The translations under genes were made by a program, and so were the position numbers. The notes beneath the pieces are model-generated. The model was not told the DNA's origin and made no database searches. It was given only the letters and a program-made list of their open reading frames with translations. Of a DNA stretch of 64,000 bases, positions 8,608 through 18,233 are shown piece by piece. Positions within the stretch are counted from its first letter, which is position 1. The number at the start of each line of letters is the position of its first letter. Origin of the DNA: Clostridia bacterium (GTDB lineage Bacteria; Bacillota; Clostridia; JAAYHZ01); assembly GCA_050950825.1 (NCBI GenBank), contig JBMNIH010000006.1, positions 1 to 64,000 on the forward strand, given 5' to 3'.

Positions 8608-9582
8608 ATGATAGAGCTTACTAATATTTGCAAGACCTTTAAAATCGCCAAAAGAAACGCAGGCTTCAAGGAGGCCGTAAAAGCCCTGTTCGACAGAGAA
8701 TATTCGTATATAAAAGCGTTGGATCATGTGTCTTTTCAAGTGAACGACGGGGAGATGATCGGCTACATCGGACCGAACGGAGCCGGTAAAAGCAGCACCA
8801 TCAAGATCATGAGCGGTATATTGGTACCGGACGAGGGAGAGTGCATTATCAACGGAAGGGTCCCTTGGAAGGACCGTATTCGCCATGTAAGGGAAATCGG
8901 CGTCGTTTTCGGACAGCGATCCCAGCTGTGGTGGGACGTGCCTGTAATCGATTCTTTTGAGCTTTTAAAGGATATTTATAAAATAAATCCCAAGGTTTTT
9001 CGAAAAAACTTGGAAGATCTGACGGAACGATTGGACATCGGGGAGATTCTGCGAACGCCCGTTAGGCTTTTAAGCTTAGGCCAGCGCATGCGCTGCGAAA
9101 TCGCCGCCTCGTTTCTTCATAATCCGAAAATCTTGTTTTTAGACGAGCCTACCATCGGGTTGGATGCCGTATCGAAAATCGCCATTCGGGAATTTATAAA
9201 ATCCATGAACAAAGAGCAAGGAACCACCGTGATTTTAACCACCCATGACATGCAGGATATCGAAGCCCTCACGGAAAGAATTCTTTTGATCGGCAAAGGC
9301 AGAATCCTATTGGACGGAGCTTTGTCGGAATTAAAAAAGAGAAACGATACCTTCAAAAAGCTGACGGTAGACTATGTGGGAAAAGAGATTTTGCCTATAC
9401 CCGGTATGACCGTGGTCGAATCGGTGGCCGGCCATGCGAAATTGACCGTGGATACGAGAATTTGCTCCGTATCGGCGGCTATTTCTCGTCTGTCGGAGCA
9501 GGTGGAGATCAAGGACTTGTCGGTTTCGGGAGCCACGGCGGAAGAAATGGTGGTAGCGCTTTACAAGGAGTTTTCCATATGA
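8608..9582 (+). CDS. ABC transporter ATP-binding protein (ABC-2 drug-exporter type)
   Basis: Walker A GPNGAGKS, signature LSLGQ, Walker B LFLDEPT. Confidence 0.93.
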   Translation: MIELTNICKTFKIAKRNAGFKEAVKALFDREYSYIKALDHVSFQVNDGEMIGYIGPNGAGKSSTIKIMSGILVPDEGECIINGRVPWKDRIRHVREIGVVFGQRSQLWWDVPVIDSFELLKDIYKINPKVFRKNLEDLTERLDIGEILRTPVRLLSLGQRMRCEIAASFLHNPKILFLDEPTIGLDAVSKIAIREFIKSMNKEQGTTVILTTHDMQDIEALTERILLIGKGRILLDGALSELKKRNDTFKKLTVDYVGKEILPIPGMTVVESVAGHAKLTVDTRICSVSAAISRLSEQVEIKDLSVSGATAEEMVVALYKEFSI

Positions 9583-10382
9583 AAAAGTATTTTAGCTTCT
9601 TTAAGATACGTTTCATACACGGACTTCAATACCGGGCCGCCGCTTACGCGGGGATTGCTACCCAGTTCGCTTGGGGAGGGTTGACCCTTTTGATGTTTGC
9701 CGCTTTTTACAAAACCGGCGCTTCCTCCTTTCCCATGACTTTCCCGGAATTAAGCAGCTATATATGGCTTCAGCAGGCCTTTTTGGCGTTGTTTATGACT
9801 TGGTATTTTGACAACGATATTATGAACAGCATCGTAACCGGAAATATTGCTTACGAATTATGCCGCCCCATCGATTTGTACGTGATGTGGTTTTTAAAAA
9901 ACATGGCGGTAAGATCCTCTCGGGCGGTTTTGCGCTGTTTTCCGGTATTGATCATAGCCTTTTGCTTACCGGAGCCCTTCAATATGTCTTTGCCGAAGAC
10001 ATTTTCGTCCGGTTTTTTGTTCCTGTTATCCGTTATCATGGGGTTCATGGTTTTAACGGCCTTTAACATGCTAGTGTACATCACCATGTTCTATACCGTA
10101 TCGCCGATGGGGATTCGCATTTTGGCGGTTTCCTTGCTGGAGTTTTTAACCGGAGCCATCATCCCCATTCCCTTTTTCCCGGAAGGACTTAAAAAAGTGC
10201 TTTTGCTTTTGCCCTTCGGCTCCATGCAAAATACTCCTTTTTTAATCTATAACGGGTACCTTTCGGGACCGGAAATAGGGCAAGGACTTTTACTCCAAAC
10301 GGGATGGCTTTTAGGATTGACGGTTTTAGGGTATCTGTACATGAAAAAAGCTTTGTTGAGAACAACGGTTCAGGGAGGTTAA
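9579..10382 (+). CDS. ABC-2 family permease
   Basis: Hydrophobic; G.IAYELCRP motif; ends VQGG; ATGA overlap with the ATPase gene. Confidence 0.88.
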   Translation: MKKYFSFFKIRFIHGLQYRAAAYAGIATQFAWGGLTLLMFAAFYKTGASSFPMTFPELSSYIWLQQAFLALFMTWYFDNDIMNSIVTGNIAYELCRPIDLYVMWFLKNMAVRSSRAVLRCFPVLIIAFCLPEPFNMSLPKTFSSGFLFLLSVIMGFMVLTAFNMLVYITMFYTVSPMGIRILAVSLLEFLTGAIIPIPFFPEGLKKVLLLLPFGSMQNTPFLIYNGYLSGPEIGQGLLLQTGWLLGLTVLGYLYMKKALLRTTVQGG

Positions 10383-10387
10383 CGGTT

Positions 10388-11164
10388 ATGAAGCTCTATT
10401 TCAAATACGCGGCGATTTTATTAAAATCCCAAATGCAGTACAAAGCCTCCTTTTTCATGACCATGATCGGACAATTTTTGGTCTCCTTTTCCATTTTCTT
10501 GGGATTGTACTTTATGTTTCAACGCTTCCCGTCTGTTGAAGGGTTTACCTACAGCGAAGTGCTTTTGTGCTTTGCCGTTATGCTTACCGCTTTTTCTTTG
10601 GCGGAATGCTTCGTAAGAGGCTTTGATATGTTTTCCGTCATTATATCCAACGGCGAATTCGACCGTATGATGGTAAGACCTCAAAATGCGGTTCTGCAAG
10701 TGCTGGCATCCCGTATCGAATTTACAAGAGTGGGACGACTGCTGCAAGCGATCGTTGTGTTTGTCTATGCCGTACCGAAAAGCGGCGTCCTTTGGACATG
10801 GGATAAGATATTAACGGTGTTGTTTATGATTACCGGAGGGTTTTTCGTATTCTCCGGCTTGTTCGTCATCTACGCATCGTTTTGCTTTTTCACCACGGAA
10901 GGGCTGGAGTTTATGAATATTCTCACGGACGGCGGAAGAGAATTCGGAAAATTTCCTTTTTCCATTTACGGGGAGAAGGTTCTCAAGTTTTTTACGTATA
11001 TCGTCCCTTTGGCTCTTTTTCAGTACTATCCTTTCCTGTACTTGATCGGAAGATCCGATTCCCTATTCCATATGCTCCTTCCGCTTCTAAGCATCCTTTT
11101 CCTTGTGCCGGCAAACCTTTTCTGGAAATTCGGGCTTCGGCACTACAAGTCTACCGGCTCGTAA
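10388..11164 (+). CDS. ABC-2 family permease
   Basis: GEFDRMMVRP motif; ends YKSTGS, typical of the family. Confidence 0.88.
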   Translation: MKLYFKYAAILLKSQMQYKASFFMTMIGQFLVSFSIFLGLYFMFQRFPSVEGFTYSEVLLCFAVMLTAFSLAECFVRGFDMFSVIISNGEFDRMMVRPQNAVLQVLASRIEFTRVGRLLQAIVVFVYAVPKSGVLWTWDKILTVLFMITGGFFVFSGLFVIYASFCFFTTEGLEFMNILTDGGREFGKFPFSIYGEKVLKFFTYIVPLALFQYYPFLYLIGRSDSLFHMLLPLLSILFLVPANLFWKFGLRHYKSTGS

Positions 11165-11226
11165 ATGGATGTGTTATGATAGAAATACAAGGCAAATCAT
11201 TTTTATGTGAAAGGAAGTGGATCATC

Positions 11227-12195
11227 TTGAGAGCTGTGGTGATCGGAGCATCCGGACATGTGGGGTCCTACATGGTTCCCGAACTGGTAAAGAAAGGCTA
11301 TGAAGTCGTTGCCATCTCCCGAGGGACGAGGCTGCCCTATACGGGACATCAACCGGAATGGAAAAAGGTAAAGACGGTATCTGCGGACCGAAAAGCCCTT
11401 GAGAAGGGAAAGACCTTCGGCTCCTTTGTCATGTCCTTTGAACCGGATGTGGTATTGGATTTAATTTGCTACACCAAAGCGCAAGCCGTTGAGTTGGCCG
11501 AAGCGGCTATGGAATACGGCAAGCTTTTGCATCTGATACAAATCGGATCCATTTGGGCATACGGAAAGTCCGTATATCGCCCCTATAGAGAAGAATATCC
11601 TCGCCGCCCTTTGGGTTCTTACGGAAAAGGAAAGGCGGAAATCGAAGAATATTTATTGGGATTAACCAAGTTGCATAAATTGACATGTACCGTCATCCAC
11701 CCCGGGCATATATGCGGGGAGGGCTGGTGGCCCATCAATCCCCAAGGGAATCCGGACACTAAGGTATTCGAGGATATTGCCAACGGAAGGGAAATCATAA
11801 TACCGAACGACGGGTTGGCCACCTTAAATCACGTCCATTCCTATGACATTGCGGCATTGGCCATAAGATGCTTGGACCGTCCTAGCGCTTCCGCCGGAGA
11901 AGCCTTTACGTCGGTTTGCCCCGAAGGGATGACCTTGGAGGGCTATGCCGAGGAAATGTTTATAAAGTTCGGAAAAGAACCGAAAATCCGAAAGGTACCC
12001 TTTGAGCAATTCAAAAATTTCGTAGGCGACGAAAATGCGGCCATAACATACGACCACATCAGCAAAAGCTTGGTTTGCTCCATGGACAAAGCGTACCGTC
12101 ATTTGGGGTTTGTGCCTAAATACGATGCCCTGGCCACCGTAGGAGAAGCCGTAGACTGGCAGGTGCGGAACGGATTTTTAAAGATTGAAAAGTAA
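11227..12195 (+). CDS. NAD-dependent epimerase/dehydratase family protein
   Basis: GASGHVG Rossmann motif and YxxxK (YGKGK); TTG start inferred from AAGGAAG RBS. Confidence 0.85.
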   Translation: MRAVVIGASGHVGSYMVPELVKKGYEVVAISRGTRLPYTGHQPEWKKVKTVSADRKALEKGKTFGSFVMSFEPDVVLDLICYTKAQAVELAEAAMEYGKLLHLIQIGSIWAYGKSVYRPYREEYPRRPLGSYGKGKAEIEEYLLGLTKLHKLTCTVIHPGHICGEGWWPINPQGNPDTKVFEDIANGREIIIPNDGLATLNHVHSYDIAALAIRCLDRPSASAGEAFTSVCPEGMTLEGYAEEMFIKFGKEPKIRKVPFEQFKNFVGDENAAITYDHISKSLVCSMDKAYRHLGFVPKYDALATVGEAVDWQVRNGFLKIEK

Positions 12196-12208
12196 ACACG
12201 GACACGTT

Positions 12209-12245
12209 AAAAAAGGATCGGATTTTTAGGACCGATCCTTTTTTG
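12209..12245. terminator. Bidirectional rho-independent terminator
   Basis: AAAAAAGGATCGG...CCGATCCTTTTTT between convergent genes. Confidence 0.8.
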
Positions 12246-12257
12246 ATTAAGAGGTGT

Positions 12258-13367
12258 TTAATAGTGTACGCGTATCAAGCGAAAGGTAATTCCTTTATCG
12301 CTCCAGCCTAAATCCCAAGGGACCTTGAACCGGTCCGCGTTGTGGCAATTCACCAGTGCGTATCCCTTCGAGTCCGCACCGGTGACAACGGCAATATGGA
12401 CCGCCTTTCCTTTCTTGCAGTAGGCGATAATGTCTCCCGGCTGAAGAAGATAGGAGGCCTTCAGCACCTGCGGATAGGTTCCGTAGGCGAGGGTGGAGGC
12501 TCTTCCGCTGTACAGAAGGTAGCTTTTAAATGCATCGGCGTTGACCCAAGCGCCGGTTCCTTCTTTAAAATATCCCCAAGCACCGTTCATTCGGAACTTT
12601 CCTCCTTCGTAGAGGACTTGGGAGGCAAAATTGGTACAGTCTCCTCCGGAGTAATTGTAATTCTTATACTTCTTGTTATACAAAAAACCTTCCGAAGGGT
12701 CCAAGGATCCGCCGCAGTATTTGTCGGCGTAAGCCACGGCGTCCTTTCTCCTTTGACTCAGGCCGCTAAAATCCCGCGGTTTTCCTTCCGTTATGATTTT
12801 TCTTAAATCCTCGTTATTCAAAAGAGCATCGTTCATGGAATCGGCAAAAGGATCCGTGTACCATTCCCGACGGATGATACGATTTTCACCGGTTTCAATA
12901 ATATCCATGGAATGATACGTTCCCATTTTAAAGCGGTTGATAACCCGGGGGTTGTCGTTGTAAGAGTAGGAATAGACGGTAAATACCGAAAAGTTGACCC
13001 CGTATCCTCCGCTTTTTTTCGCAACTCGCCTTAAGGTTACGCGAAAATCAATGCCGGTAAAGGTCACTCCTTGTTTTGCCGTCCATTCCTGCAGGTATTT
13101 GATCTTTTTCTTTTGATGCTCGTAAGCGTAAAGGCCGTTTACGCTATTTAAATCGTAAAGGGACTTCAATGACTCCGGGTCGTTTTCAAGGACGGCTTTA
13201 TACCTTTTAGCCAAAACCTCTTCGATGAACACCGCAAGCTCGGCATCGGCAAGCTCTGTCGCCTTGACAACGGTTCCGCTTTTCGTCCCGAAGAGGGAAA
13301 CCAAAAAGAGGGACAGTGATAAAAAAGCCATGAAAGGTTTTTTTGGAATCCTTCGAATAAAACCCAT
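12258..13367 (-). CDS. Secreted putative amidase-domain protein (Amidase_6-like)
   Basis: Signal peptide; AVAYADKY, GGDCTNFASQ and HIAVV motifs. Confidence 0.82.
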   Translation of the reverse strand: MGFIRRIPKKPFMAFLSLSLFLVSLFGTKSGTVVKATELADAELAVFIEEVLAKRYKAVLENDPESLKSLYDLNSVNGLYAYEHQKKKIKYLQEWTAKQGVTFTGIDFRVTLRRVAKKSGGYGVNFSVFTVYSYSYNDNPRVINRFKMGTYHSMDIIETGENRIIRREWYTDPFADSMNDALLNNEDLRKIITEGKPRDFSGLSQRRKDAVAYADKYCGGSLDPSEGFLYNKKYKNYNYSGGDCTNFASQVLYEGGKFRMNGAWGYFKEGTGAWVNADAFKSYLLYSGRASTLAYGTYPQVLKASYLLQPGDIIAYCKKGKAVHIAVVTGADSKGYALVNCHNADRFKVPWDLGWSDKGITFRLIRVHY

Positions 13368-13476
13368 AAACTCTCTCTCGTCGATCCTATGTTTTTAAAT
13401 CAAGCTTTTCTTAACTTGTGTTAAATCGCCGGTTTTTATGTAAGCCCTAGGCTGTGAAATATTGGCGAGCAAAAAG

Positions 13477-13498
13477 AAAAAGACCCGAAGGTCTTTTT
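13477..13498 (-). terminator. Rho-independent terminator after the oligoendopeptidase gene
   Basis: AAAAAGACCCGAAGGTCTTTTT. Confidence 0.7.
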
Positions 13499-13519
13499 CA
13501 AAATTTTCGATTCCGATTT

Positions 13520-15217
13520 TTAAAGCTTCGTATCGTCTATGGATTCCAACCATTTGTCGATATCCCCGATGATGTTTTTCAAGCAGCCTTCTTCAAAGGG
13601 GGACACCAGACCTGCGGTTTTTACGATATCAAGGAAGCTTTGGGTTCCTCCGACCTTGCAGATGGCCAAATAGTCATCCCATGCTTTCGGATCCTTGTCC
13701 ACATGAACGCGCTTCCAGAACTGAAATGCGCATGCTTGGGCCAAGGTGTAGTCGATATAGTAGAAGGGAGATTGGAATATATGGCCTTGGCGGTACCACC
13801 AAACGCCTTTTTCCATAAAGTCGTTTCCGTCAAAATCCAAGTGCGGACGATACATCTTGTCCAATTTTCTCCATACCGCTTTTCTTTCTTCCGGAGTCAT
13901 ATCCGGGTTTTCGTACACTTCGTGCTGGTAGTGGTCCACCAAAGCGCCGTAAGGCAAGAATTCCAGAGCGTCGCTTAAGTGAGTGAAGCGGTATTTATCG
14001 GCTTTTTCACCGAAGAATTTTTCCATATACGGCCAGGTGATAAATTCCATGCTCATGGAATGGATTTCGCAGCTTTCATGGGTGGGCATCATAACCTCGG
14101 GTATTTGTATATGGCGTGAAAGATAGCCTTGGAACGCATGCCCCGCTTCATGAGTCAAAACGTCCACGTCTCCGGAGGTTCCGTTGAAGTTGGCAAAGAT
14201 GAAGGGCGATTGAAAATCCGCGATATACGTCATGTAGCCGCCGCTTTCCTTACCGGGCTTTGCGATTAAATCCATAAGGCCCTTTTCAAACATAAAGTCA
14301 ATAAACTCTTTGGTTTCTTCGGACAATTCATGGTACATTTCGCAGCCTGCGGCGATGGTTTCGTCAAAGGTCCCTTGGGGCTTGGCATTGCCGTCGAGGA
14401 ACTGCAAGTTTACGTCGTAATACTTCAAGGCGTCTACGCCGATGCGTTTCGCTTGTCGTTTATACAGCTTGAAGGCAATGGGGACCACTTCGTCCAGGAT
14501 TTGCTTTCGATAGGATGCTACCATATCTTGGTCGTAATCCAAACGATTCATTCGGCGATAGCCCATTTCCACGAAGTTACGAAAGCCTAATTTTTGCGCC
14601 ATTTTGTGGCGAAGCTTCACCATTTTATCGTAGATTTCATCCAGCTTTTCTTCGTGTTCCTTGAAAAAGTTCCAGTGAGCTTCCGTGGCATCTTTTCGAA
14701 CCTTTCTGTCCGGAGACTCCATGTAAGGCCTCAACTGGGACAGATTCAGCTTTTTGCCGTCAAAATCGATTTGAGCCGAAGCGATCAAGCGGTTGTAGGA
14801 AGTAATCAGCTTGTTTTCTTCCTGCAGATCTTCGATGATTTTCGGGTCAAATACCTTAAGACTGTCTTCGATAATTTGAAAATAGGGCTTCGGATACTTG
14901 TCCTTTATGGACTCCAAATGCGGAGATTTCAAGAGTACGTTGTAGTACTTAAAGTTTAATTCGTCAAAGTAAGGACCGTTTTCGTCCCACCAATCGTTCT
15001 CGGCTTTATAAAACTCGTCGTTCGTATCAATGGAATGACGGATTTGAACCAAGGTTCCCATGCTGGAAATGTGTTTGACCGTTTCGATATATTCGTCTAC
15101 GGCCTTTTCAAATTCGGCGGCATTTTCCGTGTTTTCCATCTTGTCCAAAAGAACCGCCACATCGCTTTTGATTTTTTCCAAATTCGGACGCTTGTAAGGA
15201 TATTCTGAAAACTTCAT
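13520..15217 (-). CDS. M3-family oligoendopeptidase
   Basis: HEAGH zinc motif, ESCEIHSMSME and PFYYIDY. Confidence 0.93.
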   Translation of the reverse strand: MKFSEYPYKRPNLEKIKSDVAVLLDKMENTENAAEFEKAVDEYIETVKHISSMGTLVQIRHSIDTNDEFYKAENDWWDENGPYFDELNFKYYNVLLKSPHLESIKDKYPKPYFQIIEDSLKVFDPKIIEDLQEENKLITSYNRLIASAQIDFDGKKLNLSQLRPYMESPDRKVRKDATEAHWNFFKEHEEKLDEIYDKMVKLRHKMAQKLGFRNFVEMGYRRMNRLDYDQDMVASYRKQILDEVVPIAFKLYKRQAKRIGVDALKYYDVNLQFLDGNAKPQGTFDETIAAGCEMYHELSEETKEFIDFMFEKGLMDLIAKPGKESGGYMTYIADFQSPFIFANFNGTSGDVDVLTHEAGHAFQGYLSRHIQIPEVMMPTHESCEIHSMSMEFITWPYMEKFFGEKADKYRFTHLSDALEFLPYGALVDHYQHEVYENPDMTPEERKAVWRKLDKMYRPHLDFDGNDFMEKGVWWYRQGHIFQSPFYYIDYTLAQACAFQFWKRVHVDKDPKAWDDYLAICKVGGTQSFLDIVKTAGLVSPFEEGCLKNIIGDIDKWLESIDDTKL

Positions 15218-15395
15218 TTGTTACACCTCTCATCATTGTTACGTATTTTTCAATACTCTGCTATTCTACAAGTATTCCCTTTTGATTATACATTACCGAT
15301 ACAAAAAATGACATGATAAATTTATGTGCCATCTCTCCTTCCGGTCGCATATCCTTATACAAACGAATATAAATCCCGGTCAGGAAGGTGATAAC

Positions 15396-16010
15396 ATGTA
15401 TTACTACGATTTGCCGGTAAACATCCGCTCCATGCGCTACCGTTTTCCTCCGTATATCGACTTCTATTTTCCCGAAATCACGGGCATGAGCGACGCAAGA
15501 ATTCAGCAGAGTATGAATAACCAAATCATTCAAATGATGAATCGATTGATTGCGCAGTTTGACCGGCCGGATTTAACGACGTACATAACAGGGTCGTTTT
15601 TAATAAAAGCGAACGAAGAGAATGTTTTAAGTATGGTTCTTCATGCATTGGGAGACTTCGGCGGAGCTCATCCGATGACCTACATCGGAGCCTTGAACTT
15701 CGATGTGTTGACGGGCGAAAGCAAATCCTTGTCTTCCCAGTTTAAGCCCGGCAGCGACTATGTAAAACGACTGTCGGATATGGTGGCGGAGCAGATCAAA
15801 GAACGGGAGATACCCGTACTGGATGAATTCAAGGAGATCAATCCGGAGCAAAACTTTTATGTTGCCGATAACGTATTGATCCTTTACTACGACCTTTATG
15901 ATCTTTCGCCTTATGCCGCAGGCTTTCCGTACTTTCCCATACCCTTGTATAAAATCCAAGACATCATTGCCGAAGACAGCCTTTTGGATCGGCTCACGTA
16001 TGTCATATAA
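15396..16010 (+). CDS. DUF3298/DUF4163-domain protein
   Basis: GGAHPMT and Y.L.PYAAGFP motifs; GGAAGGTG RBS. Confidence 0.8.
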   Translation: MYYYDLPVNIRSMRYRFPPYIDFYFPEITGMSDARIQQSMNNQIIQMMNRLIAQFDRPDLTTYITGSFLIKANEENVLSMVLHALGDFGGAHPMTYIGALNFDVLTGESKSLSSQFKPGSDYVKRLSDMVAEQIKEREIPVLDEFKEINPEQNFYVADNVLILYYDLYDLSPYAAGFPYFPIPLYKIQDIIAEDSLLDRLTYVI

Positions 16011-16385
16011 CGGACACGTTGATAAAGGGAGCTTTTCTTCGAATACCGATACGGTGATAACAAAATGCAGTTCGACAGGCAACGCGACTGCATTTTGTTC
16101 GTTTAAATGAATTTTTATCGAAACTTTTCGGCATGCGATTGGATTAATTTTCACAGATAAAATATAGAATATATATTTAAGATATGATATAATGGGGTTC
16201 GCATGATAGCGTCAATATACATTCGGAAATAAAAAGAGAGAGTTCACCCTTATGATAAGATTAAATCTTGTCTGTATCATATATCATTTCCATCAATTTT
16301 TCCACATTTGTTTTTTTAATTGATTATTACACATCACCTATTTAAGAATTCATGAAGACAATAGCAAATGCACAAGTAAAGTACT

Positions 16386-16553
16386 CATTTATTCCACGGT
16401 TCGCTTTACGACGAGCCTCTGCCGGCATGTTTAGTGGCCTCTGCGGCATCTTCCTACAGGGTGAAGCCGGATACGGCTTTGTGTGTTTGATGCCAGGCAG
16501 ACAAGCCTAACATGCCGTCTACTCATCGTAAAGCGACTTTCGCGGCATAAAGC
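16386..16553 (-). ncRNA. Candidate structured ncRNA or hairpin module, copy B, 3' of the ISLre2 transposase
   Basis: Homologous to 2191-2361 with covarying stems. Confidence 0.6.
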
Positions 16554-16594
16554 CTACCGTCACACGGTTACAAAGTCATAGCGGTTCAAGCTGC

Positions 16595-18079
16595 TTATGC
16601 GTCCCAAGCCAGTGTGGTCATATTCTTTAGCCACTTCATACTGCTCCTTTCCAAACCATGTATGTGACGTCTGGTATCTTCCGCATACGTCCATTTTGAA
16701 TGTCTTCTTCTCAGATCTCTTATCAATTCTTCTTGTGCTTCACGCCTTTCCTTTTGCTTTTTTCGTTGTTTTTGATATTTTAGCAAGTCAAGAATCTTAC
16801 CGCCGTTTCTTTTGTACGCTCTGAGCCTTGCCATGCGGTCGCAACCCAATTCGCTCCATCCCATTGGTCTGCTGCTCATTCTTGCCGACAATACATGGCT
16901 TATTTGCCCTTCTATGCAATATGTCCAGCCGCTTGTTTCTTCCACTCGGGTTTTTATCCCTTGCCAATGATTTAGAAAATATCTTAACGCATCTTCCACT
17001 TCTTGCTTCTTGTTTTCACTTTCCGTAACCTTCAGGATCTGCTCATAGATATTCTTCAATTCCTTTTTGTCCAAACGATTCAAGGCTCCCCAAATCCAGT
17101 CTTTCACCTCGTCCGCGCTATCGTAAAGATGCGCCACTGACCTGTTTATATATTTCATCATATGGTATTTATCAAGGACATATTTGCTGTTCTCCAAATA
17201 TTCGCATCCTTTTTTTATCCACGAAGCTCCGTCTCCGACTACGTATATTCTCTCAAGATAGTCCGTATCGTATGTTTTTTCTATGTATTCGGCAACCTCC
17301 ATCCAAAGCTTTTCGTTGCCTTTGCCACCCTCGTAAATACCGCAAAAGTATTTTTTTCCGATCAGCTTATATCTGGGATTCTTGGATGCTTCCCCCGATT
17401 CATTGATAATATCCTCGAATACACAAACAAGCTTAGGCATCAGGGTATTAATCTTATGGCCCCTCGCATCTCGCTTCAAATCGCCCTTTTCATTCCAAAA
17501 CTGTGCCGCCACATGATCTTCATCGGCCATGACATGAAGCCTTTTTATCTTCTTCTTTCCTTCCGGTTCCGGCATCGGCATGTCCGCCTCAATCTCATGT
17601 ACCAGATCCATTACGGCTTGTTTGCTAATGCCTTCTTCCGCTTTTATGCTCGCATTCTCTCCGCCTTTGCGGTAACTGCTGTCTATACTTTCTTCCAAGG
17701 CTCTCGCAGCTGCGCCTAGCGTTACCTTCTGGTGCGGTTCAAATCCGAGCACCTGATCCAAAAGATATACATACTCACCCGTTCCTTTCGCACAATATCC
17801 GGTTCGGCAGAATTCAACCTTACCCATGACATCTACGATGGTTTTCTTTTTGTTCCTGTGCTCGACATTCCAATACTTTTTTCTCACGCTGCTTTCTCGT
17901 ATATCGTTATCAGCTTTCTCGTACAAATCCGCTATAAGGCTGACCGCTAACGTTGACGTAACTTTATTAACGAGTGCAGTCAAATCATCGGCATCTTTTT
18001 TACCTGCCAGAATATCACCCATCATTTTTTCAATTTCGACTAACCCATTTTCAATAAAATGTAGTATACTTTTATACAT
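16595..18079 (-). CDS. ISLre2-family transposase (UPF0236)
   Basis: ADEDHV, GDGASWI, LDKYH and EGQISHVLSARMSSRPMGWS motifs. Confidence 0.92.
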   Translation of the reverse strand: MYKSILHFIENGLVEIEKMMGDILAGKKDADDLTALVNKVTSTLAVSLIADLYEKADNDIRESSVRKKYWNVEHRNKKKTIVDVMGKVEFCRTGYCAKGTGEYVYLLDQVLGFEPHQKVTLGAAARALEESIDSSYRKGGENASIKAEEGISKQAVMDLVHEIEADMPMPEPEGKKKIKRLHVMADEDHVAAQFWNEKGDLKRDARGHKINTLMPKLVCVFEDIINESGEASKNPRYKLIGKKYFCGIYEGGKGNEKLWMEVAEYIEKTYDTDYLERIYVVGDGASWIKKGCEYLENSKYVLDKYHMMKYINRSVAHLYDSADEVKDWIWGALNRLDKKELKNIYEQILKVTESENKKQEVEDALRYFLNHWQGIKTRVEETSGWTYCIEGQISHVLSARMSSRPMGWSELGCDRMARLRAYKRNGGKILDLLKYQKQRKKQKERREAQEELIRDLRRRHSKWTYAEDTRRHIHGLERSSMKWLKNMTTLAWDA

Positions 18080-18233
18080 AGAGGACACCTTCCTTTGTGA
18101 TTTTTTGTTTTGGAAATTTAATCATATCACAATCGGGGTCCTCTTTCTATTTGTTATATTCCTCCATTGATTATTATCCGAAACTTACTTTACGCTAATG
18201 GTTCGCATCTTTGTTTTAAAGGAGGTTTTCTAC

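Larger units (their letters stand above)
16205..18199 (-). mobile_element. ISLre2-family insertion sequence (1995 bp) with a 9-bp TSD
   Basis: GGTTCGCAT at 16196-16204 and 18200-18208; imperfect IRs TAGCGTCAA..TTCGGA and TCCGAA..TTTACGCTA. Confidence 0.92.
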
